IMG/VR virus record: IMGVR_UViG_2907388146_000002
Coordinates: 9,120 to 73,119 of that record
Reading direction: 5' to 3' (one strand)
Length of the DNA stretch: 64,000 nt
Source of the DNA: a virus
Taxonomy: Duplodnaviria; Caudoviricetes
In this document: one piece after another, positions 17,241 to 27,599 of the stretch
Layout: each line of letters begins with the position of its first letter
Position numbering within the stretch: position 1 is the stretch's first letter
The notes under the pieces: generated by a model
The model's database searches: none
What the model was told of the DNA's origin: nothing
Seen by the model: only the letters and a program-made list of their open reading frames with translations
Position numbers and translations under genes: made by a program

Positions 17241-20200
17241 TTATAATAAAGTTTCTTGGTCTTCTGTCGCAGTTTTCCTTTTTTTCCTTTGCCTTACAAT
17301 ATCACCAACTGTATCCAGGTTTTCTTCTACAGAAGAAATTCGTTGAGTATCTGAATCGAATGGTTTCTCCCAGTTTTTTTGAAGTTTCATTTCTCTGAAA
17401 AAATCATCAAACGCGTTATAAATTCGAATCCTGTCATCTCCTTGAGGATAGGCAAGTCCTCTAAACTCATCATCCGTCAACGAATCCGGATCGCTAATAG
17501 TGTTAGGGGCGACCAGATAATTGTTTTTCATCCCCTTCGCTTTCATTTTGTCTTCAGCGTAAGATTCAAAAGCCCTTGCGAATAGTTCACGCGGTTTTGA
17601 CCAATATTGTGATCCAATCTTTAGTGAGGAAATATAGTAGTTTGAATCTTTTCCTGAAGGTGATTTTCGAATAGCGTTCATCAAAACTTGAGCCGAGTCC
17701 CCCAATGACCCTTGAAAATCTTCGCTCACGTAATGACTTCCACTTCGATTGGATTCTTTACCCGTAGATAGGTGATCTAAAAAATGCCCGAATTCATGAG
17801 CAAAAGTTCCGTCTCCTTTTTTCTTTGTTAGATTGATGATTCGGTATCCTGATTCATAATGAGCCATTGCCTTTCCAATACCGCGAGCTCCAAAAGACAT
17901 GCTTAAATTTCCTTCATGGATCGCTTTAGACAGATCCATTTCTAAAACGTCTTCTAAATCTTTTAAAGCACATACGAAACGAGTAATATGTTCTCGGGAA
18001 GTTCGATCATCCATATAATTTCCAAATTGTACGGATTTAAAACCCCAATCTGTAGTCAATCGATCAGATGCAATTTCATCGGTTTTAACAATACGTCCAT
18101 TGGCACGTATGAGCTTTGGAAGTAGTGAACCTCCATGAATTTCATATCCGGATCCCTTTGCACCGGTTGAACGTTTTTTATCCAACCAATTCCAATTTTC
18201 TTTCCTTACTTGATTCTTTGGATCTTTTACCCACTCTTCGCGGGAACGGGGTTCTTTGATATGAATCGCATGAGCATAATTTTTTTCTGCAAACTCTCTT
18301 CTACCTATAGCATTTTGAAAACGTTTACGAAAATAATCTTCAAAGGTTGGATATTCTTTTTTCACACGCTCGATATATTCTTTATCTTCGCGTAGGAAAT
18401 TAATACGATACTTTTCATACTGTGCCTTTGCTTCTAGTTCTCCAAGTGGTTCAAAAAGCATTGCATCATTCCAAGTATTTTTTCCAGGATCGGTTCTTCT
18501 CCGGAGAAGATTAATCAGTTTGTCACCAAATACAGTAGAATGCACGATCAAGTTGGGGTCGTTATCGAAACGGTAGGAAGGTTTCTTTAAAAAAACCTTA
18601 ATTTCTTTATGAAAATCATAAGAATTATTCAGTGTTCCATTTAGGACTTTATCAACTAATACCTCGGAGCCAGGGATAATTTCAGCAAAGAGTTTTTGGT
18701 ATTCTTCCCTGAAAGCGTCTTTTTCGTTTTCGGTAATTCCGTTTAATTTTGATTTAAGAGAATTCATCACCGCTTCAAACTTATTCCTTAATTCGTAGGG
18801 ACTAATCTCAACAAAATTCAAAGCATAACTTTGTATTTCATTGATGGTTTTGGCATTCAAAATGGGTGCCATAATTTTCTCTAAATTTTTTACATATTGT
18901 TCCCGTGCAAAAGGAGAATCAGCCGGTTTAGATGCTATTGCCTCATAAAGTTTTGCTTTTAAATAGGTAAGCCCTGCACTTTCCCCTTTTTCTTTACTTT
19001 CCCGTGCGTTGAATGGAGCTATTATTTGATCTTTCTTTACGACTCGTTCGGCTGTTACAAAATCCATATTTGAAATATCCGAGTAGGAAAGTAATTTTGA
19101 AAGTGCAGCTCTTTCTTTCTTCGAACCTACTACGCGAGTATTTGAATCTTTAAATTGCTTGTTTTTTTCCTTATCATCTAATATTTCAGAAACGGAATTG
19201 AAGGACTTTCGTTTTACGGACTTTACCGTTTCTTTTATAATTGAAGTATTTGATTGCGGTGGGATAGCATTTCTTTTATCCAAAATTCCTTGAATTCCCA
19301 CTTCAGCGATATGTTCACCGACCGCATTCTGATTTCCTTTCATCGCCTCAGAACGAACATTTGGATCGGCGGGCTTTACTTTTTTTCCGTAATCTTCCGG
19401 CTCTGAAAAATATTTCTGAAAAAGGCGTTTTGATCTTATACCTTGATCGATCGCTTCTGTTTTCGTTTTAAATCGAACTGGCCAGTCTTCTAATTTATCC
19501 CCATCAGTTGGAAATTTTAAAGTCCAATCATTCGAATTACTCGCAACTCCCCTATTGGAAACATTTAGCCCCGGTTGGTAGTTATCAACGAAGGTGCGTG
19601 AGATTCCTCCAGACATATTTTTATGATACAATGTATCATCTGTATTCTTGGTAAGAGTAACTAAGCGAGTAGAGACTCCGGTTTGTCTGAAAGAATCTTT
19701 TCCAGTAAAAGAACCTTCCGGTAACTTTTCAGACAATCCTCCTTTCTCAGTAAGCCACTCTCGAAAATCCTGTGACCGAATGTCCCCCCGAAAAAATGGA
19801 CCTTCAGACATGATTGCAACGAGTTTTCCGCCGGGTTTGAGTAGAGCATAGGCGTGTTGTACATGACGAATATCTAATCCTTTCTCGAACGGAGGATTCA
19901 TGAGAATACGGTCATATCTTCTATCCACAAAATCTAAAAAATCGTCCGCAACAATCGTATATCCTTTTGCTTGCAGAATGTTCTTTAAGGAAAACACAGG
20001 CTCGATCGTATCAGGATGAATTCCTGTCTCTTCCGAGATTACTTCCGCTAAGTCTCCTTTTCCGGCGGAGGGTTCAAGAATGTCCATTCCAGGCTGAATA
20101 TCAGCTTCCAATATTAATCTTTGAGCGAGCGGTTTTGGAGTTGGAAAGAACCCTGGGATCTTACTTCCGATTAGTTTCCTTTCCATATTCCGAATTTCAA

Positions 20201-21995
20201 TTTTCTTCGGATCGGGTCCGTCGCTTTTGTTTTTTGCAATGAGGGTGCGTAGGTACTGACCGGCTTCATGAACTTGTTCAAAAGTATTTAGTCCTAGCCG
20301 AAGGACAGCTAACGATCTTTCGGCATAGTTTGAATAAGGATTTCCTTTAAAATATAACTCATAAAGTTTATCTTTTATAATTACGGGATTTTTTGTATTT
20401 GATTTAGCCGGACGGGCATAAAGACACTGTTCAATTTTATTAAATTTATCCATGAGTCTTTTCAAAGACTCAACTTCTTCCAAATTAGAGGATTCGATAA
20501 ATTCAGCTTCACTCGATCCGATTGTTTTTTGAAGCTTACTTGCTTCTTTTAATTCAGTCTTTGAAATCAGTCCGTTTTTGTATGCCCAGGTCAGATTGTG
20601 ACTGTATATTTTGTTACTACTCGAAACAGTAATGTGATCCGTTTCATTTTCATAAATAAATCTTGGTTCCAGTTTTCGAAACCATACAGATAATTTCTCG
20701 GTGAGTGGTTTTTGAGATTGTGTATCTCGATTTATCCTTTGATTGTCTAGTGAATGAGATGCATTGAGAATTTGTTCAATGTCTTTTTTACTTTTTATTT
20801 TTTTGAGATTTTCGGGAAAAGTCCCTAAATCTATCTCATCCGCGATTCCTCGTAATGCAGATTGAATATCTCGCATTTTCTTGGAATCTTCATACATAGC
20901 ATCCGCAATTCTTGCTCTACGATAAGTTACATTTTGTCTTGAAATGGGTGGGCTTTCTTTGTTACGAATCGATTCTTCCATCGAATCTGCTAAGTTTCTA
21001 AATTTTGCGGATAGGACTGCGCGTTTTACTGGCGAGGTATCATCAATTGGTTTTGTTTTGATTTTCGCGTTGTAGTTGAGGAGAGATTCAGTTATATAGT
21101 TTCGAATAATTTTTAAAACAATCGAAGGTTCTTTTTCAACAAGTTTCGAAAGAGCTTCGTTTATCTTTGCCGAAATTGCGGGAGGAATGAGTTTTTTCTC
21201 TACGGATTCTTTAAGGCTTTCAACGTATAGACTGTCTTCAGGATTTAATTCAGAGTCCTGTAATTGAACGACAATTCCAGAGAGCGAATCCGAAGTGAGT
21301 TTTGAAGTTTTGGGTTCCTTAACGTCGTGTTCGCCAGCCGCATTTTCATTTCCAAGCATGGCCTCGGAAAGTGATCTTTTTGTTTCTTGAACTTTTGAAG
21401 AAATTAAGAAACGAATGATCTTATTTACGTTTTCAGAGGAGATACTGACAAACTTGTAAGAAATGTTTAAGAGACTATTTAGGTTATTTTCCCCCTTATA
21501 AGCAAGATCCACGAACTCACTGGCTCTTTTGTCGAGACCCGCGTCTAAAAGCGAATTTTTTACCTGTGTGATAAAATCCCCTAAGTCACGAATCGATTCA
21601 GGGAAGTAGTTTGGTTTGTAATTTTGGTTTAGGAATTTTCTTTCTGTCTTCGGTGCAATATTGAAAAGATTCGGTTCCGATGAGAGGGTTTGTTTTTTTG
21701 GTTTTTGTGCTTCTTCTGAAATGAGGGTGAACGGATTTTCTTCGATTGATGGCGGTTCGTTATTTTTGTTCGTTTCCTTAGGAGAATGTTCAATCTTCTT
21801 TACCGTTTCTGCAATTAGCTTGGAAGCTCGTGCTTGCGAAGGCGATTTAATCATCGCCCAGGCCCCCGGTTCTCCGGAAGGTTTCACCTTTCGCCAAACA
21901 GAACCGTCGGCATGAGTCGAAGGCCAACCGACCGGCATTTCTTTCGTTTTTAAGACTTGTAATGTGGATTTAACAACTTCGCGGATAGACGACAT
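17241..21995 (-). CDS. Large polyvalent protein: N6-adenine methyltransferase + zincin-like HExxH domain + LPD1-like domain
   Basis: FFPTP...LEPSAGKG...MNPPF methyltransferase motifs; FGARG...AHEFGHFLDH; YWSKPRELFARAFESY. Confidence 0.8.
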   Translation of the reverse strand: MSSIREVVKSTLQVLKTKEMPVGWPSTHADGSVWRKVKPSGEPGAWAMIKSPSQARASKLIAETVKKIEHSPKETNKNNEPPSIEENPFTLISEEAQKPKKQTLSSEPNLFNIAPKTERKFLNQNYKPNYFPESIRDLGDFITQVKNSLLDAGLDKRASEFVDLAYKGENNLNSLLNISYKFVSISSENVNKIIRFLISSKVQETKRSLSEAMLGNENAAGEHDVKEPKTSKLTSDSLSGIVVQLQDSELNPEDSLYVESLKESVEKKLIPPAISAKINEALSKLVEKEPSIVLKIIRNYITESLLNYNAKIKTKPIDDTSPVKRAVLSAKFRNLADSMEESIRNKESPPISRQNVTYRRARIADAMYEDSKKMRDIQSALRGIADEIDLGTFPENLKKIKSKKDIEQILNASHSLDNQRINRDTQSQKPLTEKLSVWFRKLEPRFIYENETDHITVSSSNKIYSHNLTWAYKNGLISKTELKEASKLQKTIGSSEAEFIESSNLEEVESLKRLMDKFNKIEQCLYARPAKSNTKNPVIIKDKLYELYFKGNPYSNYAERSLAVLRLGLNTFEQVHEAGQYLRTLIAKNKSDGPDPKKIEIRNMERKLIGSKIPGFFPTPKPLAQRLILEADIQPGMDILEPSAGKGDLAEVISEETGIHPDTIEPVFSLKNILQAKGYTIVADDFLDFVDRRYDRILMNPPFEKGLDIRHVQHAYALLKPGGKLVAIMSEGPFFRGDIRSQDFREWLTEKGGLSEKLPEGSFTGKDSFRQTGVSTRLVTLTKNTDDTLYHKNMSGGISRTFVDNYQPGLNVSNRGVASNSNDWTLKFPTDGDKLEDWPVRFKTKTEAIDQGIRSKRLFQKYFSEPEDYGKKVKPADPNVRSEAMKGNQNAVGEHIAEVGIQGILDKRNAIPPQSNTSIIKETVKSVKRKSFNSVSEILDDKEKNKQFKDSNTRVVGSKKERAALSKLLSYSDISNMDFVTAERVVKKDQIIAPFNARESKEKGESAGLTYLKAKLYEAIASKPADSPFAREQYVKNLEKIMAPILNAKTINEIQSYALNFVEISPYELRNKFEAVMNSLKSKLNGITENEKDAFREEYQKLFAEIIPGSEVLVDKVLNGTLNNSYDFHKEIKVFLKKPSYRFDNDPNLIVHSTVFGDKLINLLRRRTDPGKNTWNDAMLFEPLGELEAKAQYEKYRINFLREDKEYIERVKKEYPTFEDYFRKRFQNAIGRREFAEKNYAHAIHIKEPRSREEWVKDPKNQVRKENWNWLDKKRSTGAKGSGYEIHGGSLLPKLIRANGRIVKTDEIASDRLTTDWGFKSVQFGNYMDDRTSREHITRFVCALKDLEDVLEMDLSKAIHEGNLSMSFGARGIGKAMAHYESGYRIINLTKKKGDGTFAHEFGHFLDHLSTGKESNRSGSHYVSEDFQGSLGDSAQVLMNAIRKSPSGKDSNYYISSLKIGSQYWSKPRELFARAFESYAEDKMKAKGMKNNYLVAPNTISDPDSLTDDEFRGLAYPQGDDRIRIYNAFDDFFREMKLQKNWEKPFDSDTQRISSVEENLDTVGDIVRQRKKRKTATEDQETLL

Positions 21996-22005
21996 TCTAC
22001 CCGAA

Positions 22006-22031
22006 AGTATGAAAGGATAGAGTCTATCGGA
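22006..22031 (-). promoter_or_regulatory. Putative late promoter TCCGAT-N14-CATACT
   Basis: Motif copy; 10 nt to ATG. Confidence 0.55.
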
Positions 22032-22074
22032 GTTTGATTTTCAAGTTTGAGAATTCAAAATGGTTTTCAATCTC

Positions 22075-23643
22075 TCACTCAGTATATGCAGAGGAAGACG
22101 TGGGACTCCATTTGAAAGATACGTTTGTATTTGCTTTCGCTTGACCCGGAGAGAACTCATCGATTACGTCTGTTATATATCCAAACTCACTGATCTCGTC
22201 TTCCGGCATGGGATATTTTTTAGAAGCGTCCATTACGATTCGAAATGGCATTCCCGGACGTAAGGGAATAAAGGGAAGATCAAAAGAACCACTGGCTATT
22301 TTTAGTTCCTCGATATCACAGAAAATACTAAAGAGCATATCGCGGATTATAGCGAGTTCCCCTTTGTAGTTTTCTTTGTTTGCCTCGTTTAAATTTTCTT
22401 CTTTAAAAACGAGACCAGCCATCTTTACGTGAAGGAGTTTCGGGCCAAAAATAGAACGAAGTCTGTCTTCGTATTTCGGTTCAGAAAGAACAGTTCCAAA
22501 TTGTTGAAACGTATTTTGAATTACATGAACTCCGGCGATAATGGAGTCTTCTGAATCCTCGATTCGATAGTTCTTTAGATCATCAAAGACTAAATAATAA
22601 CAAGCGTCAATGTTCGACGTTTTTAAATCCCGGTATTTCCCATCCTTTCCAAACATATAGAATGGAGTTGGCCTGAATACTACCTTGGCTTCTTTTCTTC
22701 CTACTTCGTATTCCTCAATCGAAGTGGATCCAAAGTCTCCGAATGAGACTCCTTTTCCATACAGTCCGTCGATTTGAAACGTTTGGAGTGGATCCACAAA
22801 CAATTCATATAATGGTTCGGAAACATATGATCTTAGAATCTCCCAAAAGTTGACATACGAGCCGATCGAAAAGCTCGACAACACTTGTGATTCGTATGTA
22901 AAAAATTCCGTGTATGCTTTTTTGGGAAGATGGATCGTTAAAATAGAATCAGGATCGTTTTCTGAAGTCGGGGAAAGTACAGGATGATCTGCATACCGGG
23001 AAATGTTCATCAATGTACAAAAAAATTCATCCCAAAAGTTTTTGATTAAATCGGATAACTGACCCTGCAAAAATACTTTCGTAGCTTTTGTGATAACTCC
23101 TGCATACGATTCTTGGGTCCGAGTGTGTGGCTCTCCTTCTGTTCTTTGATAGTCGATAAAAAAGTCGGTGTCGGAAAGAAGGGTTTCAATCGGTGAAATA
23201 GTGACGCTTACAAAACTTTTTCCATCTGCCGAATATTCTCTGGTCGAAGATTTTACCTTCCCAACGTTTAACTTGTTAAACCTACTTTCTTCTGATTTGT
23301 CGGATCCGTTATCGTAATAAATAAAAACGATACTCCGAACCGGGAATATATCTCTGAATCTTAAAAATTCTCCCTCTTTGATTTGAGACAAAGGAAGAGG
23401 AGTATCTGCATTGCGTTGAACGAAGTATCCTTCTTGGTACGGAATAGAAAGCGTGATTCCTCCCCTTTGTGCGGAGATGGAACGATGAGATTTGATCGTC
23501 GTAACGTGTTCTACTGGAAAGAAAATATTACTAGCTGATCCAGGCAAATGGACCTCGATCGCAAACGATTTCGGTGGAAGACCAATGTCTCTACGCTCTG
23601 TGATTATTTCTACTTTGTCCGGATCGGAAGCTTGAGTCGGCAC
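22075..23643 (-). CDS. Putative baseplate hub protein
   Basis: 522 aa next to the spike gene in a baseplate context. Confidence 0.5.
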   Translation of the reverse strand: MPTQASDPDKVEIITERRDIGLPPKSFAIEVHLPGSASNIFFPVEHVTTIKSHRSISAQRGGITLSIPYQEGYFVQRNADTPLPLSQIKEGEFLRFRDIFPVRSIVFIYYDNGSDKSEESRFNKLNVGKVKSSTREYSADGKSFVSVTISPIETLLSDTDFFIDYQRTEGEPHTRTQESYAGVITKATKVFLQGQLSDLIKNFWDEFFCTLMNISRYADHPVLSPTSENDPDSILTIHLPKKAYTEFFTYESQVLSSFSIGSYVNFWEILRSYVSEPLYELFVDPLQTFQIDGLYGKGVSFGDFGSTSIEEYEVGRKEAKVVFRPTPFYMFGKDGKYRDLKTSNIDACYYLVFDDLKNYRIEDSEDSIIAGVHVIQNTFQQFGTVLSEPKYEDRLRSIFGPKLLHVKMAGLVFKEENLNEANKENYKGELAIIRDMLFSIFCDIEELKIASGSFDLPFIPLRPGMPFRIVMDASKKYPMPEDEISEFGYITDVIDEFSPGQAKANTNVSFKWSPTSSSAYTE

Positions 23644-23650
23644 AAAGTAA

Positions 23651-23676
23651 ATCGTAACGGATTAGGTCATATCGGA
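23651..23676 (-). promoter_or_regulatory. Putative late promoter TCCGAT-N14-TACGAT
   Basis: Motif copy overlapping the end of the spike gene; 7 nt to GTG and no SD. Confidence 0.6.
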
Positions 23677-24386
23677 GGGCTAGTCTTTGTAGGAGGCAAT
23701 GGACCAGGGTTATAAAGATGATCGTGTTCTTTTAAAGAGGTTCCTGCCGCGACAACATCGACATCGGAAATAATCTTTTCGGTAGCTTCGACTTTTCCAG
23801 TTATATCCAAGTCCCCTTCAAAGGTCGTTTTCCCTACGATTTTAGTATCACCGTTAATTTGAACTTTAGAATTTATCTCCACGTCTTCGAAAGTGAGAGT
23901 TGCTTTTTTAGATGTAAAATCAAGTTCCAAAACGACTTCTTGTAAGTCATTGTAAACTTCAATTTTATTCGTAGTTTGACGAACCGCGTAGCCAGACTCG
24001 TGAAAATCAATTATGTCTGTCTCCGGATCGATAAAAGAAAATTTATTCCAGAAATCCTGAATATTAGTTAAGTCGGAATCCTTCGTAGAAAAAGGAAAAA
24101 CTTGAGTGATTATTGGAGCGCGAAAAGAACCTCCAATAAACTCAAGCAACACGAGCTGATTTTTTTTAAGACCAAAGGTTCTTCCATGTGCATTTCCGCC
24201 TTGTTTCAAAGCAGGTCCGAAGTATCGCACTTTCTGAAATGGTTCGCCAAATGTAGTCAAAACATTTACACGAAACCGAGGAAGTACATCGGTAACGGTT
24301 GCAAGCGTCGGAGGAGTCATCCTCGCGTCCGGAGACTGTGGTTTTTCCTGCCAGTCAAACGGATCGTTAGTAAAAGATCCTCTCAT
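23667..24386 (-). CDS. Baseplate central spike (P2 gpV/Mu gp45-like)
   Basis: N-terminal OB-fold-like region, beta-helix-like C-terminus, apical HxH (LKEHDH). Confidence 0.75.
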   Translation of the reverse strand: MRGSFTNDPFDWQEKPQSPDARMTPPTLATVTDVLPRFRVNVLTTFGEPFQKVRYFGPALKQGGNAHGRTFGLKKNQLVLLEFIGGSFRAPIITQVFPFSTKDSDLTNIQDFWNKFSFIDPETDIIDFHESGYAVRQTTNKIEVYNDLQEVVLELDFTSKKATLTFEDVEINSKVQINGDTKIVGKTTFEGDLDITGKVEATEKIISDVDVVAAGTSLKEHDHLYNPGPLPPTKTSPPI

Positions 24387-26332
24387 GTCGAAATGATATT
24401 ACTTCCGCCTGAAATCGATTCTAAATAAAAGCGAAATAAAATCTTGTCCCCGTCTTGTAACACTCCCAGAAAGCGAGCGTCATTCACTTTTGGATCCGAC
24501 TTAAACTGTCGTATTAACTGTTGGATAGATCCCTTACTAATTATTTCATCAAGAGTTTCTCCCCAAACGATCGGATTTCCAAGCTCCGGACTTCCCGGAA
24601 TCGATCCGATTACTATATCAATGTGATCCAGCTTCTCATTCACGAGAGCCTCATCACCTTCCACAATTGCCAAATCACCCGTCGGCGAAACATCAATCCC
24701 TCGGTTTTCAGTGAGTTTTATATCGCATCCAAGAAGTGCGATTTCTAAATCTTTAGGCGTTGGATTGTCCGGCAAGACCGTAAACACATTTGTCTTTGTC
24801 CCAAAGGGGATTTTAATCGCACGCCTTGCAAGAATGGTAGTTTCATGTTGCCCGTTATAAAGCGCGAGAGCTTGTCCTAAAGTCGCATCTCCTAATTTTT
24901 TTTCAGCGACCTGTTCCCAAGTATCACCCGATGAAACATAATGAATGGAAAATTCATTGTCTACGGCCGCCTGATTGATTGCGCTTTGTGTTTCTAAAAG
25001 AATCTGATTTGCCGTCAGCGCAAACTGGTAAACGTCGTTATCAATCCAAGCACTCAAGTCCGCGTTTGGTTGCAGAGACATTGATTCATACGACCCTCCA
25101 GTCTGAACCGGAATCGTAAATTGAGCGACGAGAGAAATCAAAGCACTACAATCCGTAGACGCTTTTTCTAAACTTTGTCTGAAATCTGCTTCGTTCGAGC
25201 GTGACTTCCTGTATGCGTCGTCAATTCTTTGTGAAATTTCCTCCGCATTAAATCCGCGTTTTTTTGATTTGATCCCAAGATCAGCTTTGGCACTTTCAAA
25301 AGTTTTACGTGCTAATTTTCCTTGTACGTTAAATTGATCTTTCATCCGATCCCAGGAAGAAAGGAGTCTTTTGGAAGAACTTGCAAAAACTTGAACACCT
25401 CGCGCGACTCCAAGAAGCGCACCCGATAACTGCAAAGGAAGATTTACGATATTTTCTAACTCGTTCATGAGTCCTGAAATGGTTCGAAACGGATTGAAGT
25501 TACTCCGGATGAGCTGACTCGTAATTGAAGAATCAAGTTCACGTACAACAACCAGATTCAAAGAATATTTATACGTGTTTGTATCGGAGACGGAACGAGT
25601 GATCGTAAAACCACTGGAAGGAACGACGACCTCAACGGTTCGGTTTCTGTCATAGTCTCGAAAAACCATCGCGTGACTTTTCCAAGTAAGGCGTCTTTCT
25701 CTAAAGAGTTTTGCAATCTTTGACCCTTGAGGATCGTTCGACGTATATTGTACCGGGTCAAGACTTCTAGAATAGTGCAGAATGAACATAAAATCCTGGA
25801 ATTCTTGCAATCCCGATCGAAAGTCCCCTCCTCCGAGGCTTAGATAACTGCTTCTGATTTTATCATAATAGCTACTTACAGAATTCGAAACGATACTTTT
25901 AGCGGCGGAGAATGCAGACTGAATAAAACCCGCACCTGTATCTCCCGGAATTGCAGACCTGGGTTTTGCAGGAAGTCCCAGATGGTAAATGTGGAATTCG
26001 CCTTCCAATTTAATTTCATGGTTGTCCGGTCCATAGTCAACGACCACGACTCCTCCGAAAGTTTTTTCAATTCCAACGCGATATTTAAAATTCTCCGTAT
26101 ATTGGAGCGGACCATTTACAAAAAAATATTCATTCGAAACGACATTCCCATCCGTGAGATTATAGGAACCGTTGTTTTGTTTTTCATAAAATGAAAGAGA
26201 GAAAACGTTCTGCGGTTGGTAAGTCGGTGCTAAACTTCCGGTAAATGCACCGCCTGTTACAGAATTAAAAGCAGACTTCGCACCATCTACTACACTCCCA
26301 CCGAACCCAGAAACCGAATCGAGAACTCCCAT
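24383..26332 (-). CDS. Baseplate protein with LysM-like and C-terminal gp25/gpW-like domains
   Basis: HYVSSGDTWEQVAEKKLGD...LYNG LysM-like segment; TGDLAIVEGDEALV...GSIPGSPELG gp25-like segment. Confidence 0.65.
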   Translation of the reverse strand: MGVLDSVSGFGGSVVDGAKSAFNSVTGGAFTGSLAPTYQPQNVFSLSFYEKQNNGSYNLTDGNVVSNEYFFVNGPLQYTENFKYRVGIEKTFGGVVVVDYGPDNHEIKLEGEFHIYHLGLPAKPRSAIPGDTGAGFIQSAFSAAKSIVSNSVSSYYDKIRSSYLSLGGGDFRSGLQEFQDFMFILHYSRSLDPVQYTSNDPQGSKIAKLFRERRLTWKSHAMVFRDYDRNRTVEVVVPSSGFTITRSVSDTNTYKYSLNLVVVRELDSSITSQLIRSNFNPFRTISGLMNELENIVNLPLQLSGALLGVARGVQVFASSSKRLLSSWDRMKDQFNVQGKLARKTFESAKADLGIKSKKRGFNAEEISQRIDDAYRKSRSNEADFRQSLEKASTDCSALISLVAQFTIPVQTGGSYESMSLQPNADLSAWIDNDVYQFALTANQILLETQSAINQAAVDNEFSIHYVSSGDTWEQVAEKKLGDATLGQALALYNGQHETTILARRAIKIPFGTKTNVFTVLPDNPTPKDLEIALLGCDIKLTENRGIDVSPTGDLAIVEGDEALVNEKLDHIDIVIGSIPGSPELGNPIVWGETLDEIISKGSIQQLIRQFKSDPKVNDARFLGVLQDGDKILFRFYLESISGGSNIIST

Positions 26333-26340
26333 AGCTTGGA

Positions 26341-26394
26341 AGAATAAATTTTTTCACCCTATCGGATGTCCGATTTTTGAAATCGAATTACGTT
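26341..26394. promoter_or_regulatory. Back-to-back pair of putative late promoters driving divergent baseplate operons
   Basis: Palindrome ATCGGA-TG-TCCGAT (26361-26374); minus strand CCGAT-N14-TATTCT, plus strand CCGAT-N14-TACGTT. Confidence 0.65.
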
Positions 26395-26401
26395 TTCAGG
26401 A

Positions 26402-27598
26402 ATGGGAGCTCCCGCACCTTACATTCCAAAAACGGCACTCGAATACAAGACAGCGCAACAAAATAGCCTACTCGCTAGTGGCTCTCGGTTATCAAACTTC
26501 AGTCCTGGATCCAGGATCTCAACTTGGATTGCGACCATTGCCTCAGTTCTCGCAGAGGGTGACGTAAGAACTCTGAACGGATTTGATTATTCGATCAGGG
26601 AAGGAGTATATAACGCATTCGGTTTTACGAGGTTGCCAGGTTTAAAGGCGATCGGAATTCTTCGAATCGATCACTCAGGCCACACAACACCCGTAAACAT
26701 TGGAATCTTCACACTCGACCTCTTCGGTCTTATATACGAATCTATCGCACCCATTACGATTCCAGTTGGTGAAACCTCCGTTGAAATCGAAATCAGAGCT
26801 AAGAACCCAGGGAAAGATTATAACATTACCCGGCTTTCCATTGATACACAAGAGGGACTTGGTTCTGTAAATGTACAAGTTCCACCGAATACGAGGATCT
26901 GGAATCCAAGTGATTTCGCGGGTGGAACCAATATTGAAAGCGAAGAAAATAGACTCCGTCGTTTTCGCAATTTTATCGTTTCACTGGGTCGTTCCACTCC
27001 TCTTGGAATCTATACAGCAGCGACCTCGATTCCTGGAGTGGCTGGAATTCAACTTACGACGAACGTAAATCCGTACTCCGGAGCGTTTGAAATTGGTTGG
27101 ATCAATCTTTATATCTCCGACGGAACTTCTAATCCTCCTCAAAGTCTTCTGGATTTTGTCCAGAAAACGATTGAAGGAGATTTGTCAGATCCAGAGAACT
27201 TTCCGGGCTTTGCGGCTGCCGGAACATTTGTTGCAGTTTTTAGAATTCCTGTTCTTGGAATTACAGTTAAGTTTGAACTTCAAATTCAAAACGGATCTCA
27301 ACTTTCAAACGAACAAGCCTTAGATATCGCACAAAACCAGCTCACACTTTATTTAAACACCTTACCCGTTGGCTTCGATGTTTTGTTAAAACAAATCGAG
27401 GGAACGATTCTCAAAGCTCATCCTGATTTTTACAAAGTAAACATCACCGAGTTTTATGGAAAACTCGCATCCGATCCGATACCATCCCCTCTCCCACCTC
27501 CAAGTGATATTTCAGTTCCCTCTGTGGATCTTCCAAGAACCGGCGGAACTTCCGGAGGAATCATTTCAGGATCCGTAACTCGTGTGGAGCCGTCTTAA
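26402..27598 (+). CDS. Baseplate J-like wedge protein
   Basis: GGTNIESEENRLRRFRNFIVSLGRSTPLGIYTAATSIPGV motif. Confidence 0.85.
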   Translation: MGAPAPYIPKTALEYKTAQQNSLLASGSRLSNFSPGSRISTWIATIASVLAEGDVRTLNGFDYSIREGVYNAFGFTRLPGLKAIGILRIDHSGHTTPVNIGIFTLDLFGLIYESIAPITIPVGETSVEIEIRAKNPGKDYNITRLSIDTQEGLGSVNVQVPPNTRIWNPSDFAGGTNIESEENRLRRFRNFIVSLGRSTPLGIYTAATSIPGVAGIQLTTNVNPYSGAFEIGWINLYISDGTSNPPQSLLDFVQKTIEGDLSDPENFPGFAAAGTFVAVFRIPVLGITVKFELQIQNGSQLSNEQALDIAQNQLTLYLNTLPVGFDVLLKQIEGTILKAHPDFYKVNITEFYGKLASDPIPSPLPPPSDISVPSVDLPRTGGTSGGIISGSVTRVEPS

Positions 27599-27599
27599 T

